From: Synechococcus sp. AG-679-B05
GTDB lineage: Bacteria; Cyanobacteriota; Cyanobacteriia; PCC-6307; Cyanobiaceae
Assembly: GCA_003210795.1 (NCBI GenBank)
Contig: QCUJ01000005.1
Location: 3,539 to 67,538 of the forward strand
Reading direction: 5' to 3'
DNA length: 64,000 bases
Numbering within the stretch: the first letter of the stretch is position 1; every line of letters starts with the position of its first letter. The notes beneath the pieces were generated by a model. That model was given only the letters and a program-made list of their open reading frames with translations, had not been told where the DNA came from and searched no databases. The position numbers and the translations under genes were made by a program. Positions 1-10,912 of the stretch are shown one piece after another.

Positions 1-1
1 A

Positions 2-943
2 GTCGAGGGTGAAGCCCTTGCAACCCTCGTGATGAACAAGAGCCGCGGCGTTCTTCAGGTTGCCGCCGTCCGTGCCCCATCCTTCGGTGAACGCCGCAAG
101 GCAGCCCTCGCAGACATCGCCATCCTCACCGGAGGAACGCTGATCAGCGAAGACAAGGCGATGACCCTGGATGCTGTCGGCCTAAGTGACCTTGGAAAAG
201 CTCGTCGCGTCACCATCAGCAAGGAATCCACCACCATCGTTGCCACGGATGACCACAGTGCCGCAGTGGGCGATCGGGTGGCCGCGATCAAACGCGAACT
301 GGAGGCAACGGACTCCGATTACGACCGAGAGAAACTGAACGAACGCATCGCAAAACTGGCCGGCGGTGTTGCCGTGATCAAGGTCGGTGCTCCGACGGAG
401 ACCGAACTGAACAACCGCAAGCTGCGGATCGAGGACGCTCTCAACGCCACCCGAGCTGCCGTTGAAGAGGGCATTGTTGCCGGAGGGGGAAGCACCCTCC
501 TCCAGCTGGCTGATGGCCTCAGTGATCTGGCGGGACAACACAATGGCGAGCAGCGAACGGGCGTTGAAATTGTTCAGCGTGCTCTAACCGCCCCCATTCA
601 CCAGATCGCCACCAATGCAGGTCACAACGGAGACGTCGTGATCGCTGCGATGCGCAACAGCGGCAACGGCTTCAATGCGCTGAACGGGTCCTATGAAGAT
701 CTGATGGCTGCCGGCATCGTTGATGCAGCCAAGGTGGTTCGGCTGGCTGTGCAGGATTCGGTGTCGATTGCCTCGCTGCTGATCACCACCGAGGTTGTGA
801 TTGCCGACAAACCTGAACCTGAGGCCCCGGCACCGGAAGGTGGCGGCGATCCAATGGGTGGCATGGGCGGCATGGGGATGCCTGGCATGGGCGGCATGGG
901 GATGCCCGGAATGGGTGGCATGGGCATGCCCGGAATGATGTGA
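2..943 (+). CDS. groEL: Chaperonin GroEL (GroEL2/Cpn60 type), 5'-truncated by window edge
   Basis: [31 protein letters not shown] and EEGIVAGGG motifs; C-terminal GGM-rich tail. Confidence 0.97.
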   Translation, partial: VEGEALATLVMNKSRGVLQVAAVRAPSFGERRKAALADIAILTGGTLISEDKAMTLDAVGLSDLGKARRVTISKESTTIVATDDHSAAVGDRVAAIKRELEATDSDYDREKLNERIAKLAGGVAVIKVGAPTETELNNRKLRIEDALNATRAAVEEGIVAGGGSTLLQLADGLSDLAGQHNGEQRTGVEIVQRALTAPIHQIATNAGHNGDVVIAAMRNSGNGFNALNGSYEDLMAAGIVDAAKVVRLAVQDSVSIASLLITTEVVIADKPEPEAPAPEGGGDPMGGMGGMGMPGMGGMGMPGMGGMGMPGMM

Positions 944-1633
944 TCAGCCGGCCATCCCTCGGCGGTAGGCGGCCACCTGCAGGTCAACACCTGTGATGGC
1001 CGTTCCAACAACGACATTGTCTGCACCCGCCTCCAGAGCGGCCCGTGCTGCCGAAGGAGTTGCGATTCCTCCCTCGCAGATCAACCGCACGGAGGTCTTC
1101 AGCTCATGGCGAAGTTCCGGCAGCAACTCAAGTGCCGGGGGGGTCCGGTCGGCCGTTTCTTCGGTGTAGCCGTAAAGCGTTGTACCGACCCACTCACAAC
1201 CGAGATCAGCAGCACGCACTCCATTGACAACGCTGTCCACATCAGCCATCAGGGGAGCCCGCAGCTCCGTGCGACACCGTTGAATCAAGTCCGCTAAGGG
1301 CTGCCCGTCTGGGCGGAGGCGTTGAGTTGCATCCAGGGCGATCACGTCGGCACCGGCAGACCAGACCGCCTGGATCTCTCGCCAACCGGGTGTGATGTAA
1401 ACGGAACTGTTGGGGAAGGTGCATTTCCACAGGCCGATGATCAGTGCCTCTGGACAACGGCGACGGACGGCACCGATGTGTTCTGGACTTTCCAGACGCA
1501 CTCCCACTACGCCATTGCGCAGGGATGCATCGGCCATTGCAGCGATGACCTCCGGATCGCGCATCGGTGAACCAAGCGGCGCTTGGACCGAAACAATCAA
1601 CCCCTGATCAAGCTGTTCATTACTGGGGATCAT
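944..1633 (-). CDS. nanE: N-acetylmannosamine-6-phosphate 2-epimerase
   Basis: LIVSVQA, VYITP, MADVDS, VGTTLYGYT, EGGI, VVVGTAIT motifs. Confidence 0.92.
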   Translation of the reverse strand: MIPSNEQLDQGLIVSVQAPLGSPMRDPEVIAAMADASLRNGVVGVRLESPEHIGAVRRRCPEALIIGLWKCTFPNSSVYITPGWREIQAVWSAGADVIALDATQRLRPDGQPLADLIQRCRTELRAPLMADVDSVVNGVRAADLGCEWVGTTLYGYTEETADRTPPALELLPELRHELKTSVRLICEGGIATPSAARAALEAGADNVVVGTAITGVDLQVAAYRRGMAG

Positions 1634-1639
1634 CGCGAT

Positions 1640-2041
1640 TCAGGACGTCTTCTGGACATCCTCACCGTCTTGCACCAACCAACGTCGCAAGGATCGTGGC
1701 GTGGTCAGCGGAGGCGCTGGTGGCTCGGCGGCAGGCGAAATTGCTGGCATCGCGCGATCTTCGTGAAGGCTGGAGCTCACCTCCAGCAATGACTCCTTCA
1801 AAAGAGCTGTCAGGCGCGTCAGGGAGCGGCCGGAGGACGGCGATGTTGCGGCTGCAGCTGCTTGAAACTGCTCAACTGGCAAAGCGGCCAGGTCAGGAAG
1901 GTCATCCACGCCATAGCGATGCACCCACTGGCTGCGGAGCATCCACAACTGTTGATCATGTCCATGGCTCTGCGCATCAAGCATCTGCTGAGCAAGACGC
2001 CTGCGTCGATGAGCGGATGGTGAAAACGAGGTCGACGTCAT
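1640..2041 (-). CDS. Conserved hypothetical protein
   Basis: 133-aa ORF co-oriented and tightly packed between the ABC permease and nanE; contains an LRSQWVHRYG motif. Confidence 0.65.
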   Translation of the reverse strand: MTSTSFSPSAHRRRRLAQQMLDAQSHGHDQQLWMLRSQWVHRYGVDDLPDLAALPVEQFQAAAAATSPSSGRSLTRLTALLKESLLEVSSSLHEDRAMPAISPAAEPPAPPLTTPRSLRRWLVQDGEDVQKTS

Positions 2042-2042
2042 C

Positions 2043-2900
2043 TCAGGTCAGCTTGCGATTGAGGAGAGGGCGGATCAACAGGAACAGGCCTGCCGTGAGA
2101 ACCACCAGAACAGCCAGGCAGCCGAAACCTGTGATGTCCCCATAAGGGGCTTCGAGCAGAACCTCCGAAAGATCAAGGGGACCGCGGTACGCAGCACGGA
2201 TCGGTTCAATCGCGAAGGTCAGAGGGTTGAGCGACGCCAGCCATTCCATCCAGTTGGGCATGAAAGCCAGAGGGGCCAATGCCGTGCTGGCAAACAGCAA
2301 CGGAAGATTGGCCACAAAGATGACTGCGATCAGTTCGATGTGGCCCGGCAATGCAAACGCCAGTCCAAGACTCAGGGCCGTTACGGCGAACACCAGCAGA
2401 AGCAGGGTGACGAGCACCAGCAGCAACCCTGCCCCACCTGGCCAGCCGTAACCAAGGGCGGCGGCCGTGGCCATGATCGCCAGGCTCTGCAGAAGGCTGA
2501 TCACCGTGATGTAAAGAACCGAAGCGAGCACGATCGAACTCCGGCTGCGCAGAGGAGCCACCAGCAGTCGGTTCAGAAATCCGAACTCACGGTCGAACAT
2601 CACCGGCAACCCGGCATTCAAAGCGCCACTGAAGGCAGTGAAAACAATGACGCCGGCACCCAGAAAACGGCCATAACTGATTCCCCCCGGCAGCAGCCCT
2701 TCCGGAGCCTTGGCAAACAGAGCTCCAAACAGGGTCAACCAGATCAGAGGTTGAAGCACCCCTGCCACAAGGGTGGAAGGACGCCGGGCCAACTGAAGAA
2801 AGAGGCGACGGGTCAGGGCGAAGGTCTCCTGGGAGAGCTCGGACAGTGCGCCGCGATCAGTATCAAGACTGGGTGCAGCTTTCAGGGGGGAAGAGGTCAT
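2043..2900 (-). CDS. ABC-2 type transporter permease (Ycf38-like)
   Basis: Multiple TM helices, DREFGFLNRLLVAP and NPLTFAIE; start placed at ATG 2900. Confidence 0.88.
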   Translation of the reverse strand: MTSSPLKAAPSLDTDRGALSELSQETFALTRRLFLQLARRPSTLVAGVLQPLIWLTLFGALFAKAPEGLLPGGISYGRFLGAGVIVFTAFSGALNAGLPVMFDREFGFLNRLLVAPLRSRSSIVLASVLYITVISLLQSLAIMATAAALGYGWPGGAGLLLVLVTLLLLVFAVTALSLGLAFALPGHIELIAVIFVANLPLLFASTALAPLAFMPNWMEWLASLNPLTFAIEPIRAAYRGPLDLSEVLLEAPYGDITGFGCLAVLVVLTAGLFLLIRPLLNRKLT

Positions 2901-2919
2901 CAGTTCAGACTCGATCAGT

Positions 2920-3933
2920 TCAACGCATGGACTGGCGCCGTTCCTGCTTGACGTCCCGCTGGCCGGCCACCGCCAGCTCGGCATCCATCAGGGTTCGACC
3001 AGTGGCCTGTAGGTACACATCATCCAGGCTTGGCCGGCTCTGCGCCAGGGCAAACACCGGCAAGCCTTCCGCATCGAGGCAACGACGCATGGTTTCCACA
3101 ACTGGATCTCCGTCAATCACCAGGTTGAGGGAGAAACCCTGCGCCCTGTTCACCACCACTTGCTGCACGCCCTCCAGGGGCTGAAGCAGCGCCGAAACCC
3201 TCTCGGCCTCAGCGGCATCGCTGAATTCCCGGATCCGCAGCGTCACCCTGTCGCCACCGAGGCGCTGCTTGAGGCCTTCCGGTGTGCCCTCGGCGATCAC
3301 ACGACCAGCGTCGATGATCGCCATCCGATCGGCAAGGGCTTCCACCTCCTCGAGGTAATGACTGCTGAGCAAAATGCCGGTGCCATCTCGAACCAGTTCG
3401 CGCAGAAGCTCCCAGATCGCCGCTCGACTCTCGATGTCCAGCCCAACCGTCGGTTCATCCAGCACCAACAATTTCGGACGATGCAGCAGACCAGCCGCCA
3501 GATCCAGCCTCCGCCGCATCCCTCCGGAATAGGTGCCGCAACGTCGGTCCACCCATTCGTTCATCGCGAGACGATCGATCAGATCATCGATTTGCTCGTC
3601 CCGCAGCCGCCTCGGAAGATGAAACAGGTCGCCCTGGAGCTGCAGCAACTCGCGTCCTGTGAGGATCTTGTCGATCGCCACCTCCTGAGCCACATATCCC
3701 AGGCGTCGTCGCACTGAGCGTGGATCCTTCAGGGCATCAACACCATCAATTTGAACCTGGCCGGAATCGGGTGCCAGCAGGGTGGCCAGAATCCGAAGGG
3801 CGGTGGTTTTACCAGCCCCGTTTGGACCCAGCAGCCCATAAAAACAGGCTTCGGGCACATCAAGATCCAGACCAGCGAGAGCACTGACATCCCCGTAAGC
3901 CTTGTTGAGTTGACGGAGTTCAATCAGGGCCAT
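2920..3933 (-). CDS. ABC transporter ATP-binding protein (DrrA/NodI-like)
   Basis: Walker A GPNGAGKTT, signature YSGGM, Walker B LLVLDEPT. Confidence 0.93.
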   Translation of the reverse strand: MALIELRQLNKAYGDVSALAGLDLDVPEACFYGLLGPNGAGKTTALRILATLLAPDSGQVQIDGVDALKDPRSVRRRLGYVAQEVAIDKILTGRELLQLQGDLFHLPRRLRDEQIDDLIDRLAMNEWVDRRCGTYSGGMRRRLDLAAGLLHRPKLLVLDEPTVGLDIESRAAIWELLRELVRDGTGILLSSHYLEEVEALADRMAIIDAGRVIAEGTPEGLKQRLGGDRVTLRIREFSDAAEAERVSALLQPLEGVQQVVVNRAQGFSLNLVIDGDPVVETMRRCLDAEGLPVFALAQSRPSLDDVYLQATGRTLMDAELAVAGQRDVKQERRQSMR

Positions 3934-3957
3934 CGGCCTACCCACATGAATCTGAAT

Positions 3958-4950
3958 TTAGGAAGAGCTCTCGGGAATGAAGAGCGCCTGCAGGCCAAGC
4001 ATCACCTGCTGATCAAAGGTTGAAGCGAGATCAGTCCGGCTCAGCACCAACAGCAGGCAGATGCCGAAGAGGTAAAGAATGGACCATCGGAAAAGCCCTT
4101 TGGCAGCCTCAAGGCTGTCGGGATCTGCGGAGAGGGTCTGCACCATCTGCAACAACCGACCATTAAATGGCAGTAAAAGGAGCCCATAGAACGTCCCACC
4201 TGTCGGAAGAACCAGCACCCCGAGGCCGCTCAACAGCACAGTTGCCCAGCCGTATAAGCGGATTGCCCTTGCGGTAATCACGGGTCCCTTGACCACGGGA
4301 AGCATGGGAATACCGACAGCGCGATAGTCCTCACGCAACAGAAGTGCCAGGGCCCAGAAGTGCGCTGGCGTCCACACCATCACCAGGGCAAACAGCCACC
4401 AGCCACCGAGGCCGACATGCCCCGTGGCTGCTGCTGCACCAACAAGGGGGGGGATCGCGCCTGCCACCCCGCCAATCACGATGTTCTGAGACGTGCGCGG
4501 CTTGAGCAGGGCCGTGTAAAGCAGCACATAACTGCAGAGCCCGAGGAGGGACAGCGCCGCAGCCAGGCAGTTGACACCACTGATCAACAGCATGGAAGCC
4601 GCCAGAGTGCAGGCGATCGCACCGAGAAAAGCGCTGATCGGCGACAAACGTCCGGAGGGAAGAGCCCGACCACTGGTCCGGAGCATCCGTCCATCCAGAT
4701 CCTGCTCCCAGAGACAATTGAGAACCCCGGCTGCCGCTGAAGCCAAGGCACCCCCTCCCAGGGTGCAGACCAAGCGAGGAGAGGCCAGCGGCCAGCCATC
4801 ACTGAGGGCCATACCACCCACTGTGGTGGCCAAAAGCAGTGGAATCAAACGAGGCTTGGCCACTTCAAGCCAGGCGGGAAGTTTGATCCGCTTGCGGGAG
4901 GGAACGACCTGCTCGCGGGTGGGCAGAGCAGAAACGGTGGAATCAGCCAT
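3958..4950 (-). CDS. ctaB: Protoheme IX farnesyltransferase (heme O synthase)
   Basis: [43 protein letters not shown]. Confidence 0.95.
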   Translation of the reverse strand: MADSTVSALPTREQVVPSRKRIKLPAWLEVAKPRLIPLLLATTVGGMALSDGWPLASPRLVCTLGGGALASAAAGVLNCLWEQDLDGRMLRTSGRALPSGRLSPISAFLGAIACTLAASMLLISGVNCLAAALSLLGLCSYVLLYTALLKPRTSQNIVIGGVAGAIPPLVGAAAATGHVGLGGWWLFALVMVWTPAHFWALALLLREDYRAVGIPMLPVVKGPVITARAIRLYGWATVLLSGLGVLVLPTGGTFYGLLLLPFNGRLLQMVQTLSADPDSLEAAKGLFRWSILYLFGICLLLVLSRTDLASTFDQQVMLGLQALFIPESSS

Positions 4951-5872
4951 GGCATGTCTCCAGGGCGGTGTCGTCAACGACGACGGAACTACGGGTGGGA
5001 AGGGGAGAGCCAGGACTGCGGACGGTCAGGGCCGCCAGAACAGCGACCAGAAGAGCTGCCACCAGTTGATGGGTGATGGTGACCAGCGGCTGCTGCAGCC
5101 CGAGACGAAGGGTGGTGACCCCCAGGACCGCCTGGAACGTCACCAACAGAACGGAAGACAACAACCAGGGCCATTGACGACGGCTCCACCCGCCGAAGAG
5201 CAGAGCCACAACCACGAACAGCAGCACCAGGCCGGCCGCTGGCATCGCCCCATAACGATGCAACGAAACCGAATGACAGGCCTCTCCACCCGCCAGACAA
5301 CGCTGTGCAGCCCAGGACGTCGCCATTTGCGCACCCAAGAGGCACTGGGCGATCACCGCGAGCAGCGCCAAACCCGACAGGGGGCGCCACCAGAACGGTG
5401 GACTGCCAACGGCCGGGTCAAGCAGTCGCTGGGTCACCGCACTGAGCAGTGCCACAAGGGTCAGAGCCAAAGTGAGATGGGCCGTCACCACCTGTGAGGG
5501 GAGCAGCTGAAGCACCGTGAGCGCACCAAGGGCTCCCTGCAGCGCCACCATCAGCACGAGAAGGACGGAGACCCAGGGGAACCATCGAGGAACCCGACGG
5601 CGCAGAACTGTTGCGGCAACGGCCATCACCAGCAACGCGACGCCGACGACAAAGGCATCAAGGCGATGAAACCATTCCAGAAAAACCTGGATATTCATCT
5701 GACGTCCTGGCAGAAGGGTGCCGAAGCAGAGGGGCCAGTCCGGGCAGGCAAGCCCTGCCTCCATCACACGGGTTGCTCCACCAATCACCACCAAAGCGAT
5801 GACGGCGACAACGAGATGCGATGTAACACCACCCAAACGTCGATAAATCGGAGGGATGGAGGGAGTCATCAA
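4943..5872 (-). CDS. ctaA: Heme A synthase (COX15/CtaA)
   Basis: [10 protein letters not shown] and EWFHR motifs; TM-rich; adjacent to ctaB. Confidence 0.93.
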   Translation of the reverse strand: MMTPSIPPIYRRLGGVTSHLVVAVIALVVIGGATRVMEAGLACPDWPLCFGTLLPGRQMNIQVFLEWFHRLDAFVVGVALLVMAVAATVLRRRVPRWFPWVSVLLVLMVALQGALGALTVLQLLPSQVVTAHLTLALTLVALLSAVTQRLLDPAVGSPPFWWRPLSGLALLAVIAQCLLGAQMATSWAAQRCLAGGEACHSVSLHRYGAMPAAGLVLLFVVVALLFGGWSRRQWPWLLSSVLLVTFQAVLGVTTLRLGLQQPLVTITHQLVAALLVAVLAALTVRSPGSPLPTRSSVVVDDTALETCHG

Positions 5873-6071
5873 CTACTAAGCCTCCGAACAAAGCCTGAGA
5901 CGGCGTAATTCGGACAGTAGCGATCACATTCAGTCCGTCACGTTGTATGGACGACTGCAACGACTTCCGGCCCGAACGATGCACTTTCCCTGACAGGGAA
6001 ACGCCCTTAAGAAACAATTCATGGAGCAATGGGATGCACTCCATAGCCTGACAAGAGACTGGGCTTCCTCA

Positions 6072-6893
6072 ATGCAGATCCCATCAGCCATTGTCACTCT
6101 GATCCTTGGAATGATCCTGGTTCTGAGCGGTCTTTGGATCGGGCAGTCCATCAACCTTCTACCGGTTGGAGCCAGTGCAAACGCCCCGATTTACGACGAA
6201 CTCTTTCAGGTTCTGTTCACAATTGGCGCGATTCTTTTCATTGGCATCGTCGGCTTGTTGATTTTCAGCCTGATTCGATTTCGTCGCCGCAACGATCAAC
6301 TTGGCGATGGCATTGCAATCGAAGGAAATCTTCCACTCGAGATTTTCTGGACTGCCGTTCCCGCCGTCGTGATTCTCTTTGTGGGTTTATACAGCTACGA
6401 CATTTACGACAGGATGGGAGGGATGGTGCCACTTGGCCACGAAGGCATGGCCCATCACGCCATGGCCGACAGCAGCGAAGAGCGCATCTGGGGAGGCCTC
6501 AGTTCCAAGGCCGTCGATGGTGATGCCTTCGCCCTTCCGGTGGAAGTGACTGCCATGCAATTTGCCTTTCTCTTCCATTACCCCGAAGGAGACATAACGG
6601 CTGGAGAGTTGCATGTTCCCGCCAACCGTCCCGTGACGTTGCGAATGGAAGCGAAGGATGTAATCCACGCCTTCTGGGTTCCTGAGTTTCGGATCAAACA
6701 GGACGTGATTCCAGGGCAGCCGACACAGCTCAGCTTCACGGCCACGAGACCTGGAAGTTATCCCATTGTTTGCGCCGAACTTTGCGGTCCCTACCACGGA
6801 GGAATGCGCTCAACGGTTGTTGTTGAGGAACCTGAGGTCTGGGAGGCCTGGTTCAACAGCAACGCCAAATCCGACGGCTCCACCACCACCTGA
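6072..6893 (+). CDS. ctaC: Cytochrome c oxidase subunit II
   Basis: LEIFWT, DVIHAFWVP and the CuA motif CAELCGPYHGGM. Confidence 0.96.
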   Translation: MQIPSAIVTLILGMILVLSGLWIGQSINLLPVGASANAPIYDELFQVLFTIGAILFIGIVGLLIFSLIRFRRRNDQLGDGIAIEGNLPLEIFWTAVPAVVILFVGLYSYDIYDRMGGMVPLGHEGMAHHAMADSSEERIWGGLSSKAVDGDAFALPVEVTAMQFAFLFHYPEGDITAGELHVPANRPVTLRMEAKDVIHAFWVPEFRIKQDVIPGQPTQLSFTATRPGSYPIVCAELCGPYHGGMRSTVVVEEPEVWEAWFNSNAKSDGSTTT

Positions 6894-6897
6894 AACG

Positions 6898-8568
6898 ATG
6901 ACGGTCGCCACACCCCCCGAAATCCAGAGCGCAATCCCCCGGCTTCAACCAAGCGGCTGGATTCGCTATTTCAGTTTCAGTGTTGATCACAAAGTGATCG
7001 GTCTGCAGTACCTCGTCTGCGGATTTGCCTTTTACCTGGTGGGCGGTGCACTCGCCGGAGCGATTCGCACGGAGCTGGCCAGCCCGGTTTCCGACTTCAT
7101 GGCCCGGGATGTGTACAACCAGGTGCTCACTCTGCACGGAACGGTGATGATCTTTTTGTGGATCGTTCCCGTGGTGAACGGAGCCTTTGGCAACTACTTG
7201 ATTCCCTTTTATGTGGGGGCACGTGACATGGCCTTCCCGAGGCTCAATGCGGTTGCGTTCTGGCTCATCCCCCCAGCTGGACTGATGCTGATCACGAGCT
7301 ATTTCCTCACCGGGGCAGCACAATCAGGCTGGACAGCCTATCCCCCTCTCAGCATCACAACCCCTGCCACGGGCCAAGTTATCTGGATCCTAAGTGTTCT
7401 GCTTCTGGGAGGCAGTTCGATTTTCGGTGGAATCAATTTCATTGCCACGATTCTCAAATTGAGGCGACCGGGCCTAAAGTTGATGCAACTGCCGATGTAT
7501 TGCTGGGCCATGCTCGGCACCAGCATCCTCGTGGTTTTATCAACACCGGTATTGGCTGGAACCCTCGTACTTCTCAGCTTTGACATTGTTGCTCACACAG
7601 GATTCTTCAATCCAGGGCTGGGTGGAAATGTAGTTGTTTATCAACACCTTTTCTGGTTTTATTCTCATCCAGCTGTATACATCATGGTGCTACCAGCCTT
7701 CGGTCTGGTCAGCGAAATTCTCCCCGTACATGCTCGCAAACCATTGTTCGGTTACGTCACGATGGTGTATTCGATCATGGCAATCGTTGGTCTGGGATTG
7801 ATTGTTTGGGCGCACCATATGTTCACCAGCGGAACACCACCCTGGATGCGACTGTTCTTCACCATCGCCACAGCATTCATCGCCGTTCCCACGGGCATCA
7901 AATTCTTCAACTGGCTTGCCACGATTTGGGGCGGGCGCATCACACTCAACAGCGCCATGCTGTTCTCCTGCGGATTCATCGTGAATTTCGTTCTGGGTGG
8001 CATCACAGGAGTTGCCTTGGCCCAGGTGCCGTTTGACATCCACGTGCATGACACCTACTTCGTGGTTGCCCACTTCCACTACATCGTCTTCGGTGGCTCG
8101 GTGTTCGTGGTCTTCGCCTCTGTTTATCACTGGTATCCAAAGTTCACGGGTCGGATGCTGCATGAAGGGCTCGGACGTCTGCACTGTGCTCTGACGTTCA
8201 TCGGCTTCAACCTTTGCTTCGGTCCTCAGCACTGGCTCGGACTCAACGGCATGCCACGCCGGGTTGCGGAATACGACCCCCAATTCACCCTGATCAATCA
8301 GATCAGTTCTGTCGGCGCCCTGCTGATGGCCATCAGCACCCTGCCTTTTCTCTGGAATGTGGTCCAGAGCGCAATCTCCGGTCCGCTTGCGGGAGACAAC
8401 CCATGGAATGCATTAACCCCGGAATGGCTGACAAGCTCCCCCCCTCCAGTGGAGAACTGGGTGGGGGAGGCACCGCTTGTGGAGGAGCCCTACGGCTACG
8501 GCGTTCCAATCGACCAACTCGACCTGGCCGCCGCAAGCGGCCGTGATCTCTGGAGCATCGGCAAATGA
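6898..8568 (+). CDS. ctaD: Cytochrome c oxidase subunit I
   Basis: DHKVIG, GWTAYPPL, WFYSHPAVY, WAHHMF, HDTYFVVAHFHY. Confidence 0.98.
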   Translation: MTVATPPEIQSAIPRLQPSGWIRYFSFSVDHKVIGLQYLVCGFAFYLVGGALAGAIRTELASPVSDFMARDVYNQVLTLHGTVMIFLWIVPVVNGAFGNYLIPFYVGARDMAFPRLNAVAFWLIPPAGLMLITSYFLTGAAQSGWTAYPPLSITTPATGQVIWILSVLLLGGSSIFGGINFIATILKLRRPGLKLMQLPMYCWAMLGTSILVVLSTPVLAGTLVLLSFDIVAHTGFFNPGLGGNVVVYQHLFWFYSHPAVYIMVLPAFGLVSEILPVHARKPLFGYVTMVYSIMAIVGLGLIVWAHHMFTSGTPPWMRLFFTIATAFIAVPTGIKFFNWLATIWGGRITLNSAMLFSCGFIVNFVLGGITGVALAQVPFDIHVHDTYFVVAHFHYIVFGGSVFVVFASVYHWYPKFTGRMLHEGLGRLHCALTFIGFNLCFGPQHWLGLNGMPRRVAEYDPQFTLINQISSVGALLMAISTLPFLWNVVQSAISGPLAGDNPWNALTPEWLTSSPPPVENWVGEAPLVEEPYGYGVPIDQLDLAAASGRDLWSIGK

Positions 8569-9179
8569 CGAGCACCCTTTCTCAGGCGAGCGACGAAGCA
8601 AGCAGCGAAGCAAGCGGCGATCACGGCCAGGAGGAACACGGCGACTACCGCATGTTCGGCCTGGCAACCTTCCTGATCGCCGATGCCATGACCTTTGCGG
8701 GGTTCTTCGCGGCATATCTGACCTTCAAGGCGGTGAACCCTCTGCCAGCGGGAGCCATTTTCGAACTTGAGCTACCCCTCCCGATCCTGAACACTGTCCT
8801 GCTGCTGGTGAGCAGCGCCACGTTTCATAAGGCGGGACAAGCCATCCGCCAAGGCGATCATGGTCGCTGCCGCCGCTGGTTATTGATCAGTGCGGGACTC
8901 GGAATTGCGTTTCTGGTCAGCCAGATGGTGGAGTACTTCACGCTGCCATTCGGACTCACCGACAACCTTTACGCCAGCACGTTTTATGCCGCAACCGGCT
9001 TCCACGGACTGCATGTGACTCTCGGTGCACTGATGATTCTCATCGTGTGGTGGCAGGCCAGACCTGAGGGAGGCCGGATCACAGCGGAAGACCATTTCCC
9101 ATTGGAAGCCGCAGAGCTCTACTGGCACTTTGTTGACGGGATCTGGGTGGTGCTGTTCGTCATTCTTTATCTGCTCTGA
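8565..9179 (+). CDS. ctaE: Cytochrome c oxidase subunit III
   Basis: TGFHGLHV and YWHFVDGIW; overlaps the ctaD stop (ATGA). Confidence 0.96.
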   Translation: MTSTLSQASDEASSEASGDHGQEEHGDYRMFGLATFLIADAMTFAGFFAAYLTFKAVNPLPAGAIFELELPLPILNTVLLLVSSATFHKAGQAIRQGDHGRCRRWLLISAGLGIAFLVSQMVEYFTLPFGLTDNLYASTFYAATGFHGLHVTLGALMILIVWWQARPEGGRITAEDHFPLEAAELYWHFVDGIWVVLFVILYLL

Positions 9180-9233
9180 TCCCTTGCCAGAGCAGACATG
9201 CAGGGTCACAATTCTGTTGAATTAGTGCCTCAA

Positions 9234-9671
9234 ATGCTCGTCGGCAAAGAACTGCTTGACAAGGCGAGATCCCTGAGCAACCGGCCAGAGGACGACATCG
9301 CCCGTGGTTGTGGTTACGTCGGACCCAGCGGACGGCTTCTCAAAAAAAGCTTCTACAGAGCCTTGGTGGAGGCCAAAGCTGAGGCCCAGGGATGGCAGCT
9401 TCCCCGCCCAACCAGCCGAAGCAGCGCAGCCGGGGAAACCCGTGGGCGTCAAGCTGATTTCCGCACCAGGGTTCACGGCAACGGCAACCTCCTGATTGGG
9501 CATGCCTACACCAGAAGGCTTGGGCTTGAACCAGGACAGGAATTTCGGATCGAGCTGCACCGGGATTCCGGTGCCATCTGGTTGCATCAATTAGGGGGAG
9601 AGCAAACCGACCAGGATCAGAGCCAACCGTGCTCCGAAAGCCACTCGGATGAAATGCCTGGCGATGCCTGA
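9234..9671 (+). CDS. Picocyanobacterial AbrB-family transcriptional regulator
   Basis: MLVGKELL..ARGCGYV..FYRALVEA and VHGNGNLLIGHAYT. Confidence 0.85.
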   Translation: MLVGKELLDKARSLSNRPEDDIARGCGYVGPSGRLLKKSFYRALVEAKAEAQGWQLPRPTSRSSAAGETRGRQADFRTRVHGNGNLLIGHAYTRRLGLEPGQEFRIELHRDSGAIWLHQLGGEQTDQDQSQPCSESHSDEMPGDA

Positions 9672-10267
9672 TTCGTCCCCGAATCAGCAACCAGAAGACG
9701 CTCGGCGTAGCGGGCCAGCTGATCGGCTTCCAGATTCACCGCATCACCAACCGCCCGCTCCCGGAGGCTCGTAACGCTCCAGGTGTGAGGGATCACAGCA
9801 AGCCGGAATTCTGAGCCGTCGGGCGAACAATCAGCAACGGTGAGGCTGATTCCATCAACGGCAACACTGGCTTTCTCGCAGACGTAACGCCCAAAGCGGG
9901 GATCGCCCCAGCGCAGCGTCAGCATCCAGGACTGCGACAGCTCCTCGATGGCATGAACATATCCAACGGCATCGATGTGACCGCTGACCAGATGACCTCC
10001 AAGGCGATCGCTGAGTCGCAGAGCCGGCTCGAGATTGACGGCCGCCCCACGTTCTGACTTACGCCCCAGGGTGGTGCGACCAAGCGTCTCCTCGCTCACA
10101 TCGGCACGGAACCCTTCTCCAACACAATCCGCAACGGTGAGGCAAACACCGTCAACCGCAACGCTGTCTCCAAGGGCCAACGGCCCGAAAGGTGCACAAC
10201 CTTCTACAACCAGCCCGGCACCGCGCCTCTGAATCCAACCCACCGCCTGCACCAGTCCTGTGAACAT
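9617..10267 (-). CDS. ribC: Riboflavin synthase (alpha chain)
   Basis: N-terminal MFTGLV, GDSVAVDGVCLTV, RLGGHLVSGHID. Confidence 0.95.
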   Translation of the reverse strand: MFTGLVQAVGWIQRRGAGLVVEGCAPFGPLALGDSVAVDGVCLTVADCVGEGFRADVSEETLGRTTLGRKSERGAAVNLEPALRLSDRLGGHLVSGHIDAVGYVHAIEELSQSWMLTLRWGDPRFGRYVCEKASVAVDGISLTVADCSPDGSEFRLAVIPHTWSVTSLRERAVGDAVNLEADQLARYAERLLVADSGTNQASPGISSEWLSEHGWL

Positions 10268-10324
10268 GGCGGTTTCTCCGGCCGTTTCTCTGTAGCCATA
10301 ATCGGATAAAGGCGCTGCACCGCC

Positions 10325-10912
10325 ATGGTGGAAATGAGCGTTGCCGGCATCGCCCTCGATGCAGCTAGCCGCACCCCGATCGTTCTGCTGAGGGACCCCA
10401 GCGGTCGTCGCCAGGTGCCTATCTGGATCGATCAGGCCCAAGCCCACAACATCATGGCGGGATTGCAGAGCAGCGAATCACCTCGTCCGCTCAGCCATGA
10501 CCTGATGGCTGCACTGCTGTTGGTGGGGGAACTATCCCTGGAGCGGGTGATCATCCATGCGATCGAAGACGACACCTTCCGTGCCGTGCTGAAACTGAGC
10601 CGCGATGCCCCCACGAACGAGCAGGACGAAACTGAGGAGGACGACATCGACGTGGATGCCAGGCCCAGCGACGCCATCGCGCTTGCCGTCCGCACCGGGA
10701 GTGGGATCTGGATGTTGGAGGAGGTTGTCGCGGAAGCCTCCATCGCTGTGGATGCCGAAGCGGACGCCAGAGATCAGAGCGATTTCAACCGTTTTGTAGA
10801 CGAACTGAGCCCGGCCGCCCTGGTTCGACACCTCAGAGGTCGTGATCCAGACCCAGAGAACCCGAACGACAACAACACCGACAACGACGACAAAGACGTC
10901 GACAACGGGTGA
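10325..10912 (+). CDS. Bifunctional nuclease family protein (DUF151)
   Basis: PIWI, RPLSHDL and DARPSDAIALA motifs. Confidence 0.9.
   Translation: MVEMSVAGIALDAASRTPIVLLRDPSGRRQVPIWIDQAQAHNIMAGLQSSESPRPLSHDLMAALLLVGELSLERVIIHAIEDDTFRAVLKLSRDAPTNEQDETEEDDIDVDARPSDAIALAVRTGSGIWMLEEVVAEASIAVDAEADARDQSDFNRFVDELSPAALVRHLRGRDPDPENPNDNNTDNDDKDVDNG

Noticed and set aside
853-940. 18-bp tandem repeats at the end of groEL
   Set aside because: They encode the ordinary GGM-rich chaperonin tail.
9617-9671. 55-nt tail-to-tail overlap of the AbrB-like gene and ribC
   Set aside because: Convergent overlaps are common in compact picocyanobacterial genomes, and the AbrB tail is low-complexity.
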